This document shows positions 13,501 through 27,089 of a stretch of 64,000 nucleotides of DNA, piece after piece. Location of the stretch: contig NC_068985.1 of the NCBI RefSeq assembly GCF_001194135.2, positions 21,125,256 through 21,189,255 of the forward strand, written 5' to 3'. Each line of letters begins with the position of its first letter. The stretch's first letter is position 1. The notes below the pieces were generated by a model, which saw nothing but the letters and a program-made list of their open reading frames with translations, did no database searches and was not told where the DNA came from. The stretch is from Octopus bimaculoides. Its lineage: Eukaryota. The position numbers and the translations under genes were made by a program.

Positions 13501-16500
13501 CAGATAAGTATTTAGTAATAGAAAAGAATCATTACTCCCATATTCTGACAATATAATTGTACAATATTGTACAAAATAAAAATCATATTCTAATAAATAA
13601 GAAGAAATATGCAAAGTTTCAGAAATCCTGAACATAAAGAATAACTTAACATTTCTTCAGGGGAAAGATTTTAAGATTAAATTATATTGCTTAAGACTAT
13701 CATCATCTTTGATGAGCAATTCTTTACTCTCTAGAACTACTTTGAGTACAATAAGCTAAATCCTAAAACACTAATAAATAAAAGCATTCAGTACAGACAG
13801 GTATTATGTTGGGAGTATTTCAATTTTACAATTACTAATGATATATAGATTCATTATTTTTTTAACTGTTTCAATTATAAAATCCTAAGAAATTTTCCTT
13901 GCATTAAGCAACGTTATATTATCTGCTAAAATACTGAATTTATTAAAAATGATTTTACAAAAGGAAGCAAAATTCTCTCCTTTCTGTTAATTCCCATGAG
14001 CAAAACTAATTTATATTTGTACTTCTGTTTTTATTGTTTGTTTTTTTGGTTTGTTTTTTCAGCTGTCTCTAAATTGTCTACTAACTAGTGTCAACCGTTG
14101 TTAATTAAGAATGCAGAAAATTTCTATCTCAGAGACTGAATAATCTAACACCTGTCACTTCCACAGGTAACTATGATCTCACAAAATGCTACAATAAAAT
14201 GAATACCCAAAGAGTAAATATTAGAGAGATTTTCAAAGCTGACTGCAACAGGTGACGTAAATAACATCTCTGAAAATAATTCCAACACTGCCACCATAGA
14301 TTTCAGCAGCATGGCTTACAGTTTGGAAATTAGTAGTGACATTCTCTTCAGTGAAACACTAAAAAAAATATATATTTACACCAAAATTGCTTTATCAAAT
14401 TACTTTATCCTCTGATCTGATGAGAGCATTAGAGCTTACAATTCACTAATAAATGACATCCTTCTAAACTGAAGTTTCAATTTTGTTATGCACCTAAGAA
14501 AATTAGATGTCTCTAAATATGAAAAGATGAAAAAGTTTCACCTTCTCCATTCATTTCTCTCTCTCTCTCTCTTCATAAATAACTATATCACCCTTTCAAG
14601 TTTATTGACAGAATTACAGAAGTATTTAAGGAAAAACTTTTCTTAAACACTTCTCGTCTAAATTCTGAATTAAAATGATGGCAGAGTAGAAATTACTTCT
14701 GAATGCTTCAAGATGTATAACTTGCACCAGTAACTGGAGTCAAATCAATATGTATACCTTTCCTAATCAATGGAAATTAACATTTCCCTTGGTTAACTAC
14801 AGGGATGGATCTCCATCATTCAATGATGAGGATCCAGTTGTTTGATCAACTGAACTGCCCAGTTACCGTCTACCCAGTTTCACTCTTGTGCTATGAAACC
14901 AACCTAAAGCTACAGAAAATAACATTTGTCCAAGAATAACATGCAAAGTTGCTACAAATGTTTGGTCTCATAATCTGAACATTTTTCATCCATTAAGATC
15001 AAACAATGAGAGAAATAGAAAGAGAGAAGAGAGAGAAAGGAAGAGAGATTTCTTATAGCTATGACTTATTCATACTAAAATTCTACTGTTAAGAACTCAA
15101 TTTTGCTATATTGAAAAAAAATATTCACTACTTTTTATCATGAGTTTGTGTTTAAAGTGGAAGGTGAAAGAAAATATTGTTGCATTCAAACTTTTTTCGC
15201 ATGGAAATTGAAACTGAATTACAGACTCAGCTCATCAGTAGATAACTTCTAATGTAAATCCTTTTGTAAATAAGAGTTTCTTAGATTAGTATACAGTCAC
15301 AGATGTGTAAGAAAGGGATATAACTGATTGAATTTACCTTAGAATGTGACTGGTCTTTATTTTATCAACCCTGAATAAATACAATTTAGGTGACATTGAT
15401 GAGATTTGAACACAAAATACAGAAGATAAAAGAATTACTGAAAGCTACTTAGTCCATCACACCAAATTTTCCTGCCACTCCATTGCCTTTACCTAAAAGA
15501 GAATAATGCAACTACATCTGCTTCTAATGAAAAATGACTCAAGTAGAACTTGTACCAAGACCTTAGATGTATATGTCGACACAAATGCGGCTGTATGTGT
15601 ATGTGTGTATATTTGTATCCTTATCCATTAATGTATATATTTGTGTATGTGTGTATATACTTATCTATGGATGTGTGTGTGCATTTGTTTACATGTGTGT
15701 ATGTATTTAACTGTGTCATGTATAGTTGAGTAAAAATACACAAGTATTTTTGTAGTTACGTGTGTCTGACTGGCATTTCCTATCAATGCAAGAAAAATGT
15801 TTTTGAAGAAATCTATTGATTAGAGGGCAAAATTAAATTATGGTAATGTGAAAAGGATGCCTTACACATGGAGCCAGACAAAACATGTTGATTGGTGTGA
15901 GATGCTAATGGGAGGATGGTAGAACAGTGCTTTTCTCTAAGTTTTCTACAGACAAGCATTGGTGCGTATTTGTAAATACTAATGTTGTAGAGAGGGGTGG
16001 GAATAATAGGTGTTAAAGGGAGACACTCGAGTCAAGATAACTAAATTAATGTTAAAATAGATTTGAGAAGATTGGTTTGCTTGTGGCAGAGATAGCAAGA
16101 ATATCAGAAAATAGGGAACAAGGAGGAGAATTTCATAAACTTACTTGGATAAATTTAGATATTTTCAGTCAGAATTATTCCAGGTCATGTCTGACTTAAT
16201 AGCGCCACTATTCTGAAATGTTATTCATAAAGTTATTCACCATGCACTGCATTCAACTCTATCCCACTCTCTAACCATCTATCACTTTTCTTTCACACTC
16301 TGGAAGTTACTCTTCCACCTGTCCTCAAATTTCTATCCCTACTCTCTCTTATATTCCCCTTCTTGTACCTTGAGTGTACTCCCTATTATCTCTTCTCCAC
16401 CATCCTTTCTCCTTTTTCAGATGAAATTGCCATGTATCTCCTCTACAGCAAGATACCTGTTCCTGCCCCTCAATCATACTTTAGCCTGGCACAAAGCCAC

Positions 16501-16894
16501 TTCCCTCAATACTGCACCCTTACTCAATCAAGGGTCTTGTCTTGCAAGTTCGTTTATGGCCTCACTAGTGCTGTTGCCATGAAAAAAAAGCACCCAGTAT
16601 GCTTTGTAAAGTGGGTACCATTAGGAAGGGTATCCAGCCATTGAGGTCATGCTTAAAATGCAACTTGAGATTCTGTCAAACTGACCAACACATGCCAGCT
16701 TGAAATGATGAGAATGATGATTCATTTGTAAATTTTGATGCAATATTATTATTAAAAAGTTATTCAATTGTAAATTCTGAAACTGTATTTCTCATTGGTA
16801 AATCTAAAGTGAAATTAATGACAATGCTTGGAACATAGCACATCTTTATTATATAATCCTTGAGAATGATAGAGTGGTAGAGATGTTAAAAGTA

Positions 16895-17220
16895 AAGACC
16901 CCTTTTGGTCATGAATGACCATAGGATTGCACCTAGAAAGTTACCCTCCAAGGCACAAGTCTGAGCAAGGTTGTTAATAGAAAACCAGCAGTCACCCATG
17001 CATATCAGTCTCCCCTTTCCATGCCACCGATATTATCCAAGGAAAAGGCAGAGGCCAATACAGCTTGGCACCAGTAACATCACAACTCATTTCTACAGTT
17101 GAGTAAACTGGAGCAATGTGAAATAAAGTATCTTGCTCAAGAACACAACACACAGCCCAGTCCAGGAATCAAACTCACTATCTCATGATTGTGAGCCTGA
17201 CACTCTAACCACTGTGCCTT
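16895..17220 (-). mobile_element. tRNA-derived SINE family B
   Basis: Reverse complement of 31522-31837. Confidence 0.8.
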
Positions 17221-20200
17221 CACAGATAGAGATCGTAGAGCATCAAATGAAATGCCTGACAGTATTTAGTTTCCCCTCTTTGACATTTTGAGTTCAAACA
17301 CCCATCAGGTTTAACTTTGCCTTTCATACTTCTAGGATTAATAAAGTATTGGGGGTGGGGAACAATGGCTCAGTCAGGATATGGCTCCAATGCCTATGAC
17401 CCTTTTTAAGGCCTCTGAGACAGATGGAAGGACTAGAGACCTGGCCCAAATACTTGCAACAGAGTGAACTCCCTAAAAGCCATTTAAGGCCAAGATGATG
17501 GTTTTAAACCAGACAATGGTGTTAAGCCTGACAACTGATTACTAATTCTTCAATTATACCATTTTACTAAAAGTTTGTGGCACTATGCTAATATACAGTT
17601 ATTTTCTTTTAAGCTGATATATCCACAACATTACAAACTGTTAACTCTTTACAAACTAGAAAAATCCCCTGCAGTAGAAACATTCTTACATATTTGAGAT
17701 AAAGCACCGTCTATATTCAACCCACGTTCTAGAGGCAAAAAAATTATCTTAAAATCAGACTTTAGTGTCGTTTTTATTTTTCATTTTATATTTTATTGTC
17801 AGTAATTTCCTAAATTTTGCAATATATTTTGTTTCATATCTTTCATCAACAACATGGAAGCTCAACTTGCCAAAAATGGCCACAAAATTTTCCTTAAATT
17901 ATGCACAAACATTTTGAAAACGGAACATATTGGATAAAGTCACCATCAATATTGATTAGACCCCATTACTGATTCTTGCTATAATTGTGTTTGTGGAACA
18001 TATGTATCCCTATGCTCCAAAGAGCTGCAACAGCAGTTTTACTCCTAGCAAGTCTAACTAAGCCAGGTAGGTCCAAAATGAGGAATTAGAATAAATGAAA
18101 ATGAGAAGCCTTGGGAAACAGCATGGAGGATGGACCATGATGGAAGAATTTATTAAGAAATGATCAAGGTTGAAACTTGCCAGAGGATGGATTTGTATTG
18201 AGGACATTAAACAGGGTCACTTATTTCTGAAAATAAACCACTGCTAGAACTGGCAATTATAGATGACATTCAACGATTAAAGCTTGGATTGTAGTGTAAG
18301 ATATACAAATGATGGGATGGTCATGGCTAAAATACATTTGGTCCTAGGTCTGCTCATAAAGACTATATAATAATTTTTACTTAGATACCAAGGTGGTGGT
18401 GGTGGTGGTGGTGGTAGTAGTGTCAAATTTTTCATTCTTTCATTTCATTTATGTTGTGCAACAGTAATTATTTTGACATTTCTGTCCTTCCTTTTATTAT
18501 TTCTTCATCACATCTTAACTTCAACAATATGACATGTTATGTTGCTACATGTTAATTGTCATCAGATTGAATTAACTTGCATAAAATATTGCCTCTTTTA
18601 TCATATATTTTACTGTGGAAACATAAATGATTATGCAACATCATTCAGTTACTTGTCATTATACACTAAACATTATAAATTTTAAGGAAAAATCAAAAAG
18701 ATTCTATAAATTACAGGCATAGCCATGTGGTTAAAAACTTTGCTTTGCAACCACATAATTTTAGGTTCAACCATACCTTCAGCAAACTTCTTCCACCAGA
18801 CCTTGTGAGTGAAATTTGGTACACAGAAATTGTGCTGAAGCCCATGTATGTGAGTCCCTGTATCTACACTGGTAGTCAAAACTACCAGCATAATGTTTGT
18901 TTTACCCATTTATATTGTTTAACTTAGCAATTCAATAAATGGAGAGATAAAATAGAAACCAGACTGAACTAAGTACTTGTATTGATATTTCCAACTGAAC
19001 CTTTAAAGACAGAGCCCTTGCATGGTCACAGTCCAATGACTAGAACTAGTAAAAGATTAAAGGAATCAATTAAATTTCTATGGGCTGTCATTTGCCTATT
19101 CTTGTTATTTTATTAATATCCCTCTCTTAGACATAGTCCATCTCACTTCTTTACACACACTTTTTCAAATGACTAACAAACAGTTGTAGTGAGACTAATT
19201 TTATAATTGTATGCTTAGATTTAAAACAGCTCCAGGCATAAGTCTCTAATGGTTGGTCATGCGGGCCAGTCATGTGACGCTGAAATTTGTCCAATCAAGC
19301 ATTTGGATTCGTCTAGTTTTACGTGGGATATAGAATGCGCAATAGACCACCAAAAGCGGCAAATTCTAAATATTGGTTTGAGCCAATTTTTGTTAATAAA
19401 TAAGCATGATGTCTTTCATTTTCATCAGTAAGGTGAGATAGAGCAGAGGGGAGAGTTTGTTTTCAGGAAGCCACATCACATTATTGTCATTCCTGTTGAA
19501 GCATGTGTAACCAAGTTTGATTGGGTTTGAAATGCCATCCAAGAATGATTTTCTACAGTCCACATTTCTTTGTTATGTATTAATCTAGTCCATTGTATAA
19601 TCTTATTTAGCTGAAGAATAAAGTATCGTTGTTAATTGAAAGCTCATTTTTGGTATTATTTCCATCATTACCCTGCTCATGTAAGCGAAAGCAGAGTATT
19701 ATTATCACTTGTTTTTGTCTGTTTGTCTGTGTGTTAACAAAATTACTGGGAAATAGCTGAACAGATTTTCACTACATTTGACAGAAATACTCATTAGGTA
19801 AGTGGCTCGAAATAAGGAACATTTGGTTTGATTATCTTAAAAAAAGAAAAATTTCTTTTTTTAAATCGAACTTACAATTTTCCCAATAAGCAAGTGGTTA
19901 TATTATTTTATTCATTTTCTTTTTTTATTTTTTTTCCATATGAATTGCTTCTAATTCTCTTTTAGTCAAACACTTACAAAGCTTAATTCAGTTCAATTAA
20001 AAAGCATGGGTAAGCAACACATTGTAAGCGACAGTATAATTTACAAAAAAATTTGTCTGCACACAGGGTATGCATCACTCCACCCTCAATCCCTTTTTTT
20101 TTTTTTTCATTTTATATGCAATTCATGAGAAGCATGATTTTTATTAAAAGGCCCAGAGACACAACCTTACAGCTAAACATTGTTAGCCGAGTGTACTATG

Positions 20201-20709
20201 TTTGTAAGTGTATATCTTCTGACCTTTTTCAATGAACAGCTGTCAAAAGTTTAAGGTAACCAAACTGAAACTTTCATGAGAAAGTGAGTTATGCTTTATA
20301 CTATTGGCACAAATCTAAGTGTCTTGCTAAGAAATTTATTTCACAGCCTCACAATTTATTTCACAAACTCACTATATAGTATTTTGGGCAAGTGTCCTCT
20401 ACAATAGCCTTGGGTTGGTAAATGGTAACTGTGTGAAGGCCCGTTGTGTGTGTATACGTATGTATACATGTGTATAGGCAAGGGATTGCCACTAAATCGG
20501 CGCATCAGACAAATATATTGTGTAGTATTTATTCCATTTGGTTTATGTCCCTAAGCTTACCAAAATGAACTTAGCCATTCAATAAACAGAGATCAATATG
20601 TATGCATGTGAAACAGTGAGTTGTTTAATATACAGATTAACAAAAACATCCTTTCACATGGAGTGAATTTTGTGATACTTGATGATACTATAATATTTTG
20701 ATGAATTTA

Positions 20710-20935
20710 AAGGCTATGAACTGGCAGAATCCTAAACATTCCTGGCAAAGTGCTTAGCAGCATTTCATCCATCTTTACATTCTGAGTTCAAATTCTATCG
20801 AGGTTCAAATTCACCTTACATCCTTTCAGGATCAATAAAATAAGTACCTGTAAACACTGGGGTTGATGTAATCAATGTACTCCTCCTCTAAAATTGCTGG
20901 CCTTGTGCCAAAATTTGAAACCAATATTTTGATGT
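20710..20935 (+). mobile_element. SINE family E
   Basis: ctggcagaatcc...ttctgagttcaaatt...gtgccaaaatttgaaaccaatatt. Confidence 0.7.
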
Positions 20936-21155
20936 ATTTAACCAGGCATGGTGACCTAATTTGGATGTCTATTCTAGCGGTCACATTTGCGAAAAAAAAA
21001 TAAGCCACCCTGGAATTTAGCAACAGACTATATTTGTGATCCATCAGACATTGGGAAATAATTGGCTTAAGCACAGAGCTGTCTTTATAGTATTTACCAC
21101 CCTGGACCAGTTTTACAGGGTATGTCCTTTCTCCTATTTATGACTGGTGAATATA

Positions 21156-21217
21156 GCTAAGAACTTATAATAATAAGCTAAGAACTTATAACAATAAGCT
21201 AAGAGCTTATAATAATA
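21156..21217. repeat. 21-bp tandem repeat, three copies
   Basis: gctaagaacttataataataa repeated with minor changes. Confidence 0.85.
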
Positions 21218-21414
21218 GTGTACAATAGCTTGGTTGATGATGATTTGCCACAGCTAAGACATAGTTCAAGCACAGCAGCAATTTTTTGTTCACTGGTATA
21301 GACTCTAAGGTTAAGGTTTATAAAATTATTTGTTACATTTTTATTTTATTTTCTGATTGCTTTCCTTTACATGTTTTTTGAAAATTCATGTTTTTAGTCA
21401 GATTCAGAAATGTT

Positions 21415-22026
21415 GTTTAAGCTGTTCAAAATTTGAGTAGTGCCCACAGATTTTTGTAAACCTTAAGTGATTGATTTGTCCAATGTGTAGCCCTCGCCTA
21501 ACTAGATAGAGTGGGGCACATACTGAAAGCAAGGGAGCTCACAAAAATTTTCCAAATGTTCAACATCAAACAAATCAGAGTAACATATGTTGTGAGCAAA
21601 TATAAAATAAAAAAAGTTTGTCTAAGTTGTTCAAAATTTGAGTGATAGCCACAAATTTCTTAAAACCCAAGGTAATTGCTTCATTTGTCCAATGTGCAGA
21701 CCCAACCCAACTAGATAGAGTGGGGCACGTAATGAAGGCAAGGTAGTTCACAAAAGTTTTCCAAAGGTTCGACATCAAACAAGTCATAGTAATGTATGTT
21801 TCAAGCAAATATAAAACAAAAAAGTTTGTCTAAGACGTTCAAAATTTGCCCACAGGTTTTTTAAAACCCAAGGCAATTGCTTGATATGTCCAAGGAGCAG
21901 CCCTGTCCTGACTAGATAGAGTAGGGCACATAATGAAAGCAAGGGAGCTCACAAAAATTTTTCCAAAGGTTCAACATCAAACAAGTCAGAGTAACATATG
22001 TTTTGAACAAATATAAAACAAAAGTT
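21415..22026. repeat. Tandem repeat, three units of ~205 bp
   Basis: Anchor gttcaaaatttg at 21424, 21629 and 21837; shared actagatagagt and catcaaacaa blocks. Confidence 0.9.
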
Positions 22027-22574
22027 TATATACACACACACACATATATATATATATCCTTTACTGTTTCAGCAATATGTTAGCCTCCCTATCACATTAG
22101 TAGGTTTACCTCAGTAACAACTACAATTTAGAAATTCCACACCTTAAATCCATCCCCCCAGCACATATATGTAACAACAGCAACAACAACAAAACAACCA
22201 CTATCAGTACCACAGCCACTAAATGTAGCATTACTTACAACAGAAATAGCAACATGAGCAGTAAAAATAACAGCAGCTATCCAAAATTACATTCGAGATG
22301 ACACCTTGTTTTGTGAAGAAGTTGGAACAACTTTGATGTTATTTGTAGATGTAAAGCTCAGTGAACGAAAGAAAATAAGAGAAAGAGAAAGATACAAATT
22401 ATGCATGTGTGTGTGTGAGTATATTAGAGAGAGAGAGAGAGAGAGAGAGAAAGAAAGAGATGGCAGGGGGCAAAAACGTCAGCAAAAGACAAGAAATGTT
22501 GGTAACCTGATAAGTAACGTCTTAACATGCAGCAACTAACATTAGCTATGTCATCAATAAAACAATACAGTTAT

Positions 22575-22636
<62 letters not shown>
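22575..22636. repeat. (GTA)n microsatellite
   Basis: Direct reading. Confidence 0.95.
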
Positions 22637-22637
<1 letters not shown>

Positions 22638-23270
22638 ATTGCGGTGGTGGTGATGGTGGGGGAGTAATAATAACAGTAATAAGGCTTGTTTTTAGTAATA
22701 GTTATGTAGTTATGGTAAAGATGTGATGATGGTGACAGTATGGGATAGGAGTTGGGGTCTGCAGGAGTTTGTTTCTTGATTGTTTGTTTGTTTGCATGTT
22801 TTTGTTTTGTTTTTGCTTATGGTGGTGGCAGTGGGGGTTAATTGGTAAGAGGAGGAGCAGTATTCATGACCTTTGTAAGCCCTCCCAGACTGGTGAGATT
22901 CATGCAAGTAATGTTCAGTTTGAGCTGCTGTAATGTTGATGTATATCATAAAAACAAGAGGAGGAGAAGGAAGAAGAGATAATAGCACCAAAGGCTCACA
23001 ATTCAGGTGAGATGCTTGAACAAAGTGTTTAGAACAGGGTCAAGGGAATGAAAGGAGAAGAGGTAGATTTATTGAACTGGCTGAGAAACAGGTGCTTTGA
23101 GATGACAAAGAGGCAGACGCAATATGCAGCTTGCTGGTTCTGAGGAGCAAAGGATGTTGTAGTAGTGGTAGAAGTGAAAAGCGAGAGAAACAGTGCATCT
23201 GTGAGCTGATGGTTGCAGCAGGTTTGATAATGAATCTAAGAGGTTTGTGTATAGGTGCAGGAGTAGCTAT

Positions 23271-23451
23271 AGGCACAGGAGTGGCTGTGTGGTAAGTAGC
23301 TTACTTACCAACCACATGGTTCTGGGTTCAGTTCCACTGTGTGGCACCTTGGGCAAGTGTCTTCTACTATAACCTCAGGCTGACCAAAGCCTTATGAGTG
23401 GATTTGGTAGAAGGAAACTGAAAAAAGCCTGTCGTGTATATATATGCGCGC

Positions 23452-23508
<57 letters not shown>

Positions 23509-23700
23509 CACAACATCATTTGACAACCGATGCTGGTGTGTTTACATCCCCCGTAACTTAGCAGTTCGGCAAAGAGACCGATGGAATAAGTACTGGGCTT
23601 GCAAAGAATAAGTCTTGGGATTGATGTGTTCGACTAAAGGTGGTGCTTCAGCATGGCCACAGTCAAATGACCAAAACAAGTAAAAGAGAATAAAAGAGAG
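23271..23700 (+). mobile_element. Full-length tRNA-derived SINE family A (CORE-like block, internal microsatellite)
   Basis: A-box-like tggctgtgtggtaag, B-box-like gggttcagttcc, ggcaccttgggcaagtgtctt block resembling the CORE domain, (TA)/(TG)n centre, aaaagag tail. Confidence 0.9.
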
Positions 23701-24021
23701 TAACAGAATATGCTATAGTCCTAGATTTGAGCACTACTTCAATGTCAAACTCTGTGGGGGTAGAGGCTTCTAACCATTGCCCACCTCTTCTCTGGAAACA
23801 TTTTGAAAGGTCAAATACCCCAACTCTTTTTTGTTCAGTAATTTCAGTTTACACTTCTACCATAACAAAACAAGAAATAAAGAAGAAATTCAAAATGCTG
23901 TTTTTAAGATTATATAACAATAAAAATAGCATATAACAATATTATTTCACTCATTTTTGAACTAATGATGAACAAATACCAGAACCAAAACCCAGTCTAC
24001 TCCTTTAGTAACACCATAACT

Positions 24022-24270
24022 AAGGCGGTGAGCTGGCAGAAACATTAGCACGCCGGGCGAAATGCTTAGCGGTATTTCGTCTGCCGCAACGTTCTGAGTT
24101 CAAATTCCGCTGAGGTTGATTTTGCCTTTCATCCTTTCGGGGTCGATTAAATAAGTACCAGTTACGCACTGGGGTCGATGTAATCAACTTAATCCGTTTG
24201 TCTGTCCTTGTTTGTCCCCTCTTGTCCCCTCTGTGTTTAGCCTCTTGTGGGCTATTAAGAAATAAGAAAC
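24022..24270 (+). mobile_element. SINE family E, well preserved; second partial copy to ~24410
   Basis: aaggcggtgagctggcagaaac...ttctgagttcaaattcc...aaataagaaac. Confidence 0.85.
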
Positions 24271-24444
24271 ATAAGCATGCTGAGTGAAATGCTTAGTGGT
24301 ATTTCATCTGACTTTACATTCTGAGTTCAAATTCTGCCAAGGTCAATTTTGCCCTTCATCCTTTCGGAGTCGATAAATTAAGTACCAGTTGCATACTGGG
24401 GTCAAACTAATTAATAATGGTAGTGTGAAAGAATAGTTTATCAT

Positions 24445-24690
24445 GGGATGAAGTATTGAAAGCTGACCTCAAATCGAAGGAGATGACAGAGGACCGAGAT
24501 ATGTGGTGCATTGCTGAACTCAACAAAACCACAAAAGAATTAAGATCTTAAAACCAAGGTGCCATGCAAAAATAATTGGTGCGAGTACTGGTGCCACATA
24601 AAAAGCACTGCTGTGTAAAAAGCACTGGTGATGATGCCACGTAAAAGCACTGGAGCTGGTGCTGCATAAAAAGCACTCATTCGTTTCATA
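24445..24690 (+). mobile_element. RTE-LINE ORF2 end plus start of 3-prime UTR
   Basis: EVLKADLKSKEMTEDRDMWCIA, then repeated gccacgtaaaagcac motifs. Confidence 0.6.
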
Positions 24691-25924
24691 GTAAACAAGG
24701 TTAGGTAAAAGATGAAAATAAAGTGTATTAGAATGTCACTGATATAAAAGAAATTCATAAAATTAGAAAGAGGATAAAAGATTTGAAGAAATAATGGAGT
24801 TCTGATTGATGTCTCGGTTAAATGAAATATTTTTATCATCATCATCATTATCATTTAATGTGTTTTCCCTGCAGGAATCGGTTGGATGGCTTAACAGGAG
24901 CTGGCAAGGGCAGGGGCCACACCAGATTCCATAGTCTGTTTTTGATTTGGTTTTACAGCTAGAAGCCCTTCTACTGTTCTTATAATATGGGTTGAGAATT
25001 GAGTGAAAATTTAGCTGTAATATTTGCAAAGGTGTTGTTAGGGTTAATACGCCCATGTTAGACTGCTCTTTGCATATCAGGGAAGGTGTAGATGCTACAC
25101 ATACACAGGAAGACATTCAGAAAGACATTCAGAAATGTGACCATCTCACTGATAGAAAACTTTTTAACTACCACCACAATGCACTAAGAAGAAGCCTTTA
25201 TTTGGTCGTTTGACTTTTGCTAGAAATAGCAGCCAAGTCAAACTCCAACTTTAAATCAAGATGAATGAATGAAGGCATTGGCTAATATAGACATTGATTA
25301 TATACAAAAATGAAAAAGACAAGATCATAGGTAGAATGATTTAGATCATAAGTCTATTACAACCAATGCTGACCTGGAGTAAAACAACAACAAGCAATCT
25401 GTTGTGTCTTCCTACTACTAAGGCAATGGTTTTTGATCCCCTGTACCCTCAAACTATGTTTTATACACTCACAAGCACCCTTGAAGCATCAACCTCTTTT
25501 TATCACAGCCATTATTTTCAAAACTCAGCAATGTGTTTGAGATAAGCTTGTGATATTTACAGGCAGGAATTCTTTCCATATTTCCATTATGAAAAAAAAA
25601 ATTAAAGAGTTGTTAAATAAAAAAAAATGCATACATGTATAAATGTCAACATCTAAGAAAGAACTAAAGGTTGAGAATCAAAATTTTATTGTCACTTTGC
25701 TTTATCTTCTGAATGGAATTCATATTATAAAATAAGCACAGATATTGCTGTAAGGTTAAGAACTTCACTTCCTAAACACAAGGTTTAGGGGTTTGGTCCC
25801 ATTCAGTGGCATGATGGGTAAGCATCTTCTCCTATAGCCAAGGCTAACCAAAACTTTGTGAGTGAATTAGGCACATGGAAACTGAAAGAAGCTCACCGTG
25901 AGTGTGAGTATGTGTATGCGCATG

Positions 25925-26150
25925 TGTGTGTGTATGTGGTGAAAGCACACAGCCTTGTGGTTAAGGTATTGATCACATGATCATGGTTTTGATTCCCGGA
26001 CAGGTAGTATGTTCCGTTGTTGAGCAAACCATTTAATTTCACATAATTCTGGTTCACTCAGCTATGAATGAGTTGCCCTACAACAGACTGACACCCTGTT
26101 CAGGGGGATGTTGTGATCTCAATCATTTATACACCAGGGGAACCAGGTAA
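25925..26150 (+). mobile_element. tRNA-derived SINE with V-domain-like block, degraded
   Basis: tRNA-like head then cactcagct...acagactgacaccctgttcagggg; related to 31870-32106. Confidence 0.55.
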
Positions 26151-26189
26151 CTGGTCCAAGGAGTTCTAGCGCTCAAGACATACATATGT

Positions 26190-26202
26190 GTGTGTATGTA
26201 TG

Positions 26203-26237
<35 letters not shown>

Positions 26238-26283
26238 CGAGAGCGAGAGAGCGAGAGCGAGAGAGCGAGAGCGAGAGAGCGAG

Positions 26284-26325
<42 letters not shown>
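26190..26325. repeat. Compound (TG)/(TA)/(GA)/(GAGC) microsatellite
   Basis: Direct reading. Confidence 0.95.
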
Positions 26326-26326
<1 letters not shown>

Positions 26327-26565
26327 AGTTAAGTTAGCGGTTATAACAACCGTCTAAAGGATACTTGCATCCAATGAATCCACTAGCGTATTACCTATAT
26401 TTAATCATGAGCATTGGTGTTAATGCTCATAAATGATAGGTAAGGACAAAAATAAACTAAGGTTTATCAATATTCAAGGAAAACAGAAAATGGAGATACA
26501 AGTGATAAATAACGATTGATTTACATCAATTATCATTTATTAATTTATTACAAAAAAAAACAGAA

Positions 26566-26692
26566 TCTCAACTTACAGCTGTTTCAGTAAGCATGATACT
26601 CAGTTCTAACCACCACAGTAATAGTAATGATAGCTATCATTGTTGGTAATTAGTTAAACCAAATTGAATCATGAAACTTCGTCAGAGCAGAA
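26566..26692 (-). ncRNA. Minimal type I hammerhead-ribozyme-like motif (PLE-associated)
   Basis: Minus strand tctgct CTGACGA agt..(long loop)..act GAAAC agct GTA agttga; intact core with palindromic AGCT in stem III; adjacent to a Penelope RT fragment. Confidence 0.65.
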
Positions 26693-26714
26693 AAGTAAAT
26701 AAAATATCAGTACC

Positions 26715-26975
26715 TCTAATCGATGCCTAGAATTACTTAAAAACGCTGGTATAAATTCTTCAAAAGATTTGGCCTTTCTACCACTATAAAGAATGAAAAC
26801 AACTTGATTTACTACCTTGAAGTCAACTGCAACTTAGCTACTGGGCTACATGGACCTTTCATGAAACCTAACTCCAACCTAAAATACATACATTCTCAAA
26901 GTAATCATCCACGGTCAATCAAAGAGGCTCTTATAAAAAATATTAGTAAGAGAATAACTTATCTCTCTTCTAATG
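26715..26975 (+). mobile_element. Penelope-like element RT C-terminal fragment
   Basis: FKRFGLSTTIKNENNLIYYLEVNCNLATGLHGPFMKPNSNLKYIHSQSNHPRSIKEALIKNISKRITYLSSN matches the PLE FLDV..L..G.Y.PY.KPN...YIH..SNHP pattern. Confidence 0.85.
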
Positions 26976-27089
26976 TATGTGTGTGGTAAACTGAAAGATA
27001 ACTGAACCACCAATAATAGCAGTATTAATTATTATAGGGATAAGAAAATTAATAATATAAAAGAACACAAGCACAACATTTACCATGCA

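Noticed and set aside
23271-23345. tRNA-like heads here and at 31522 and 37069
   Set aside because: They are SINE 5-prime regions without complete cloverleafs, not tRNA genes
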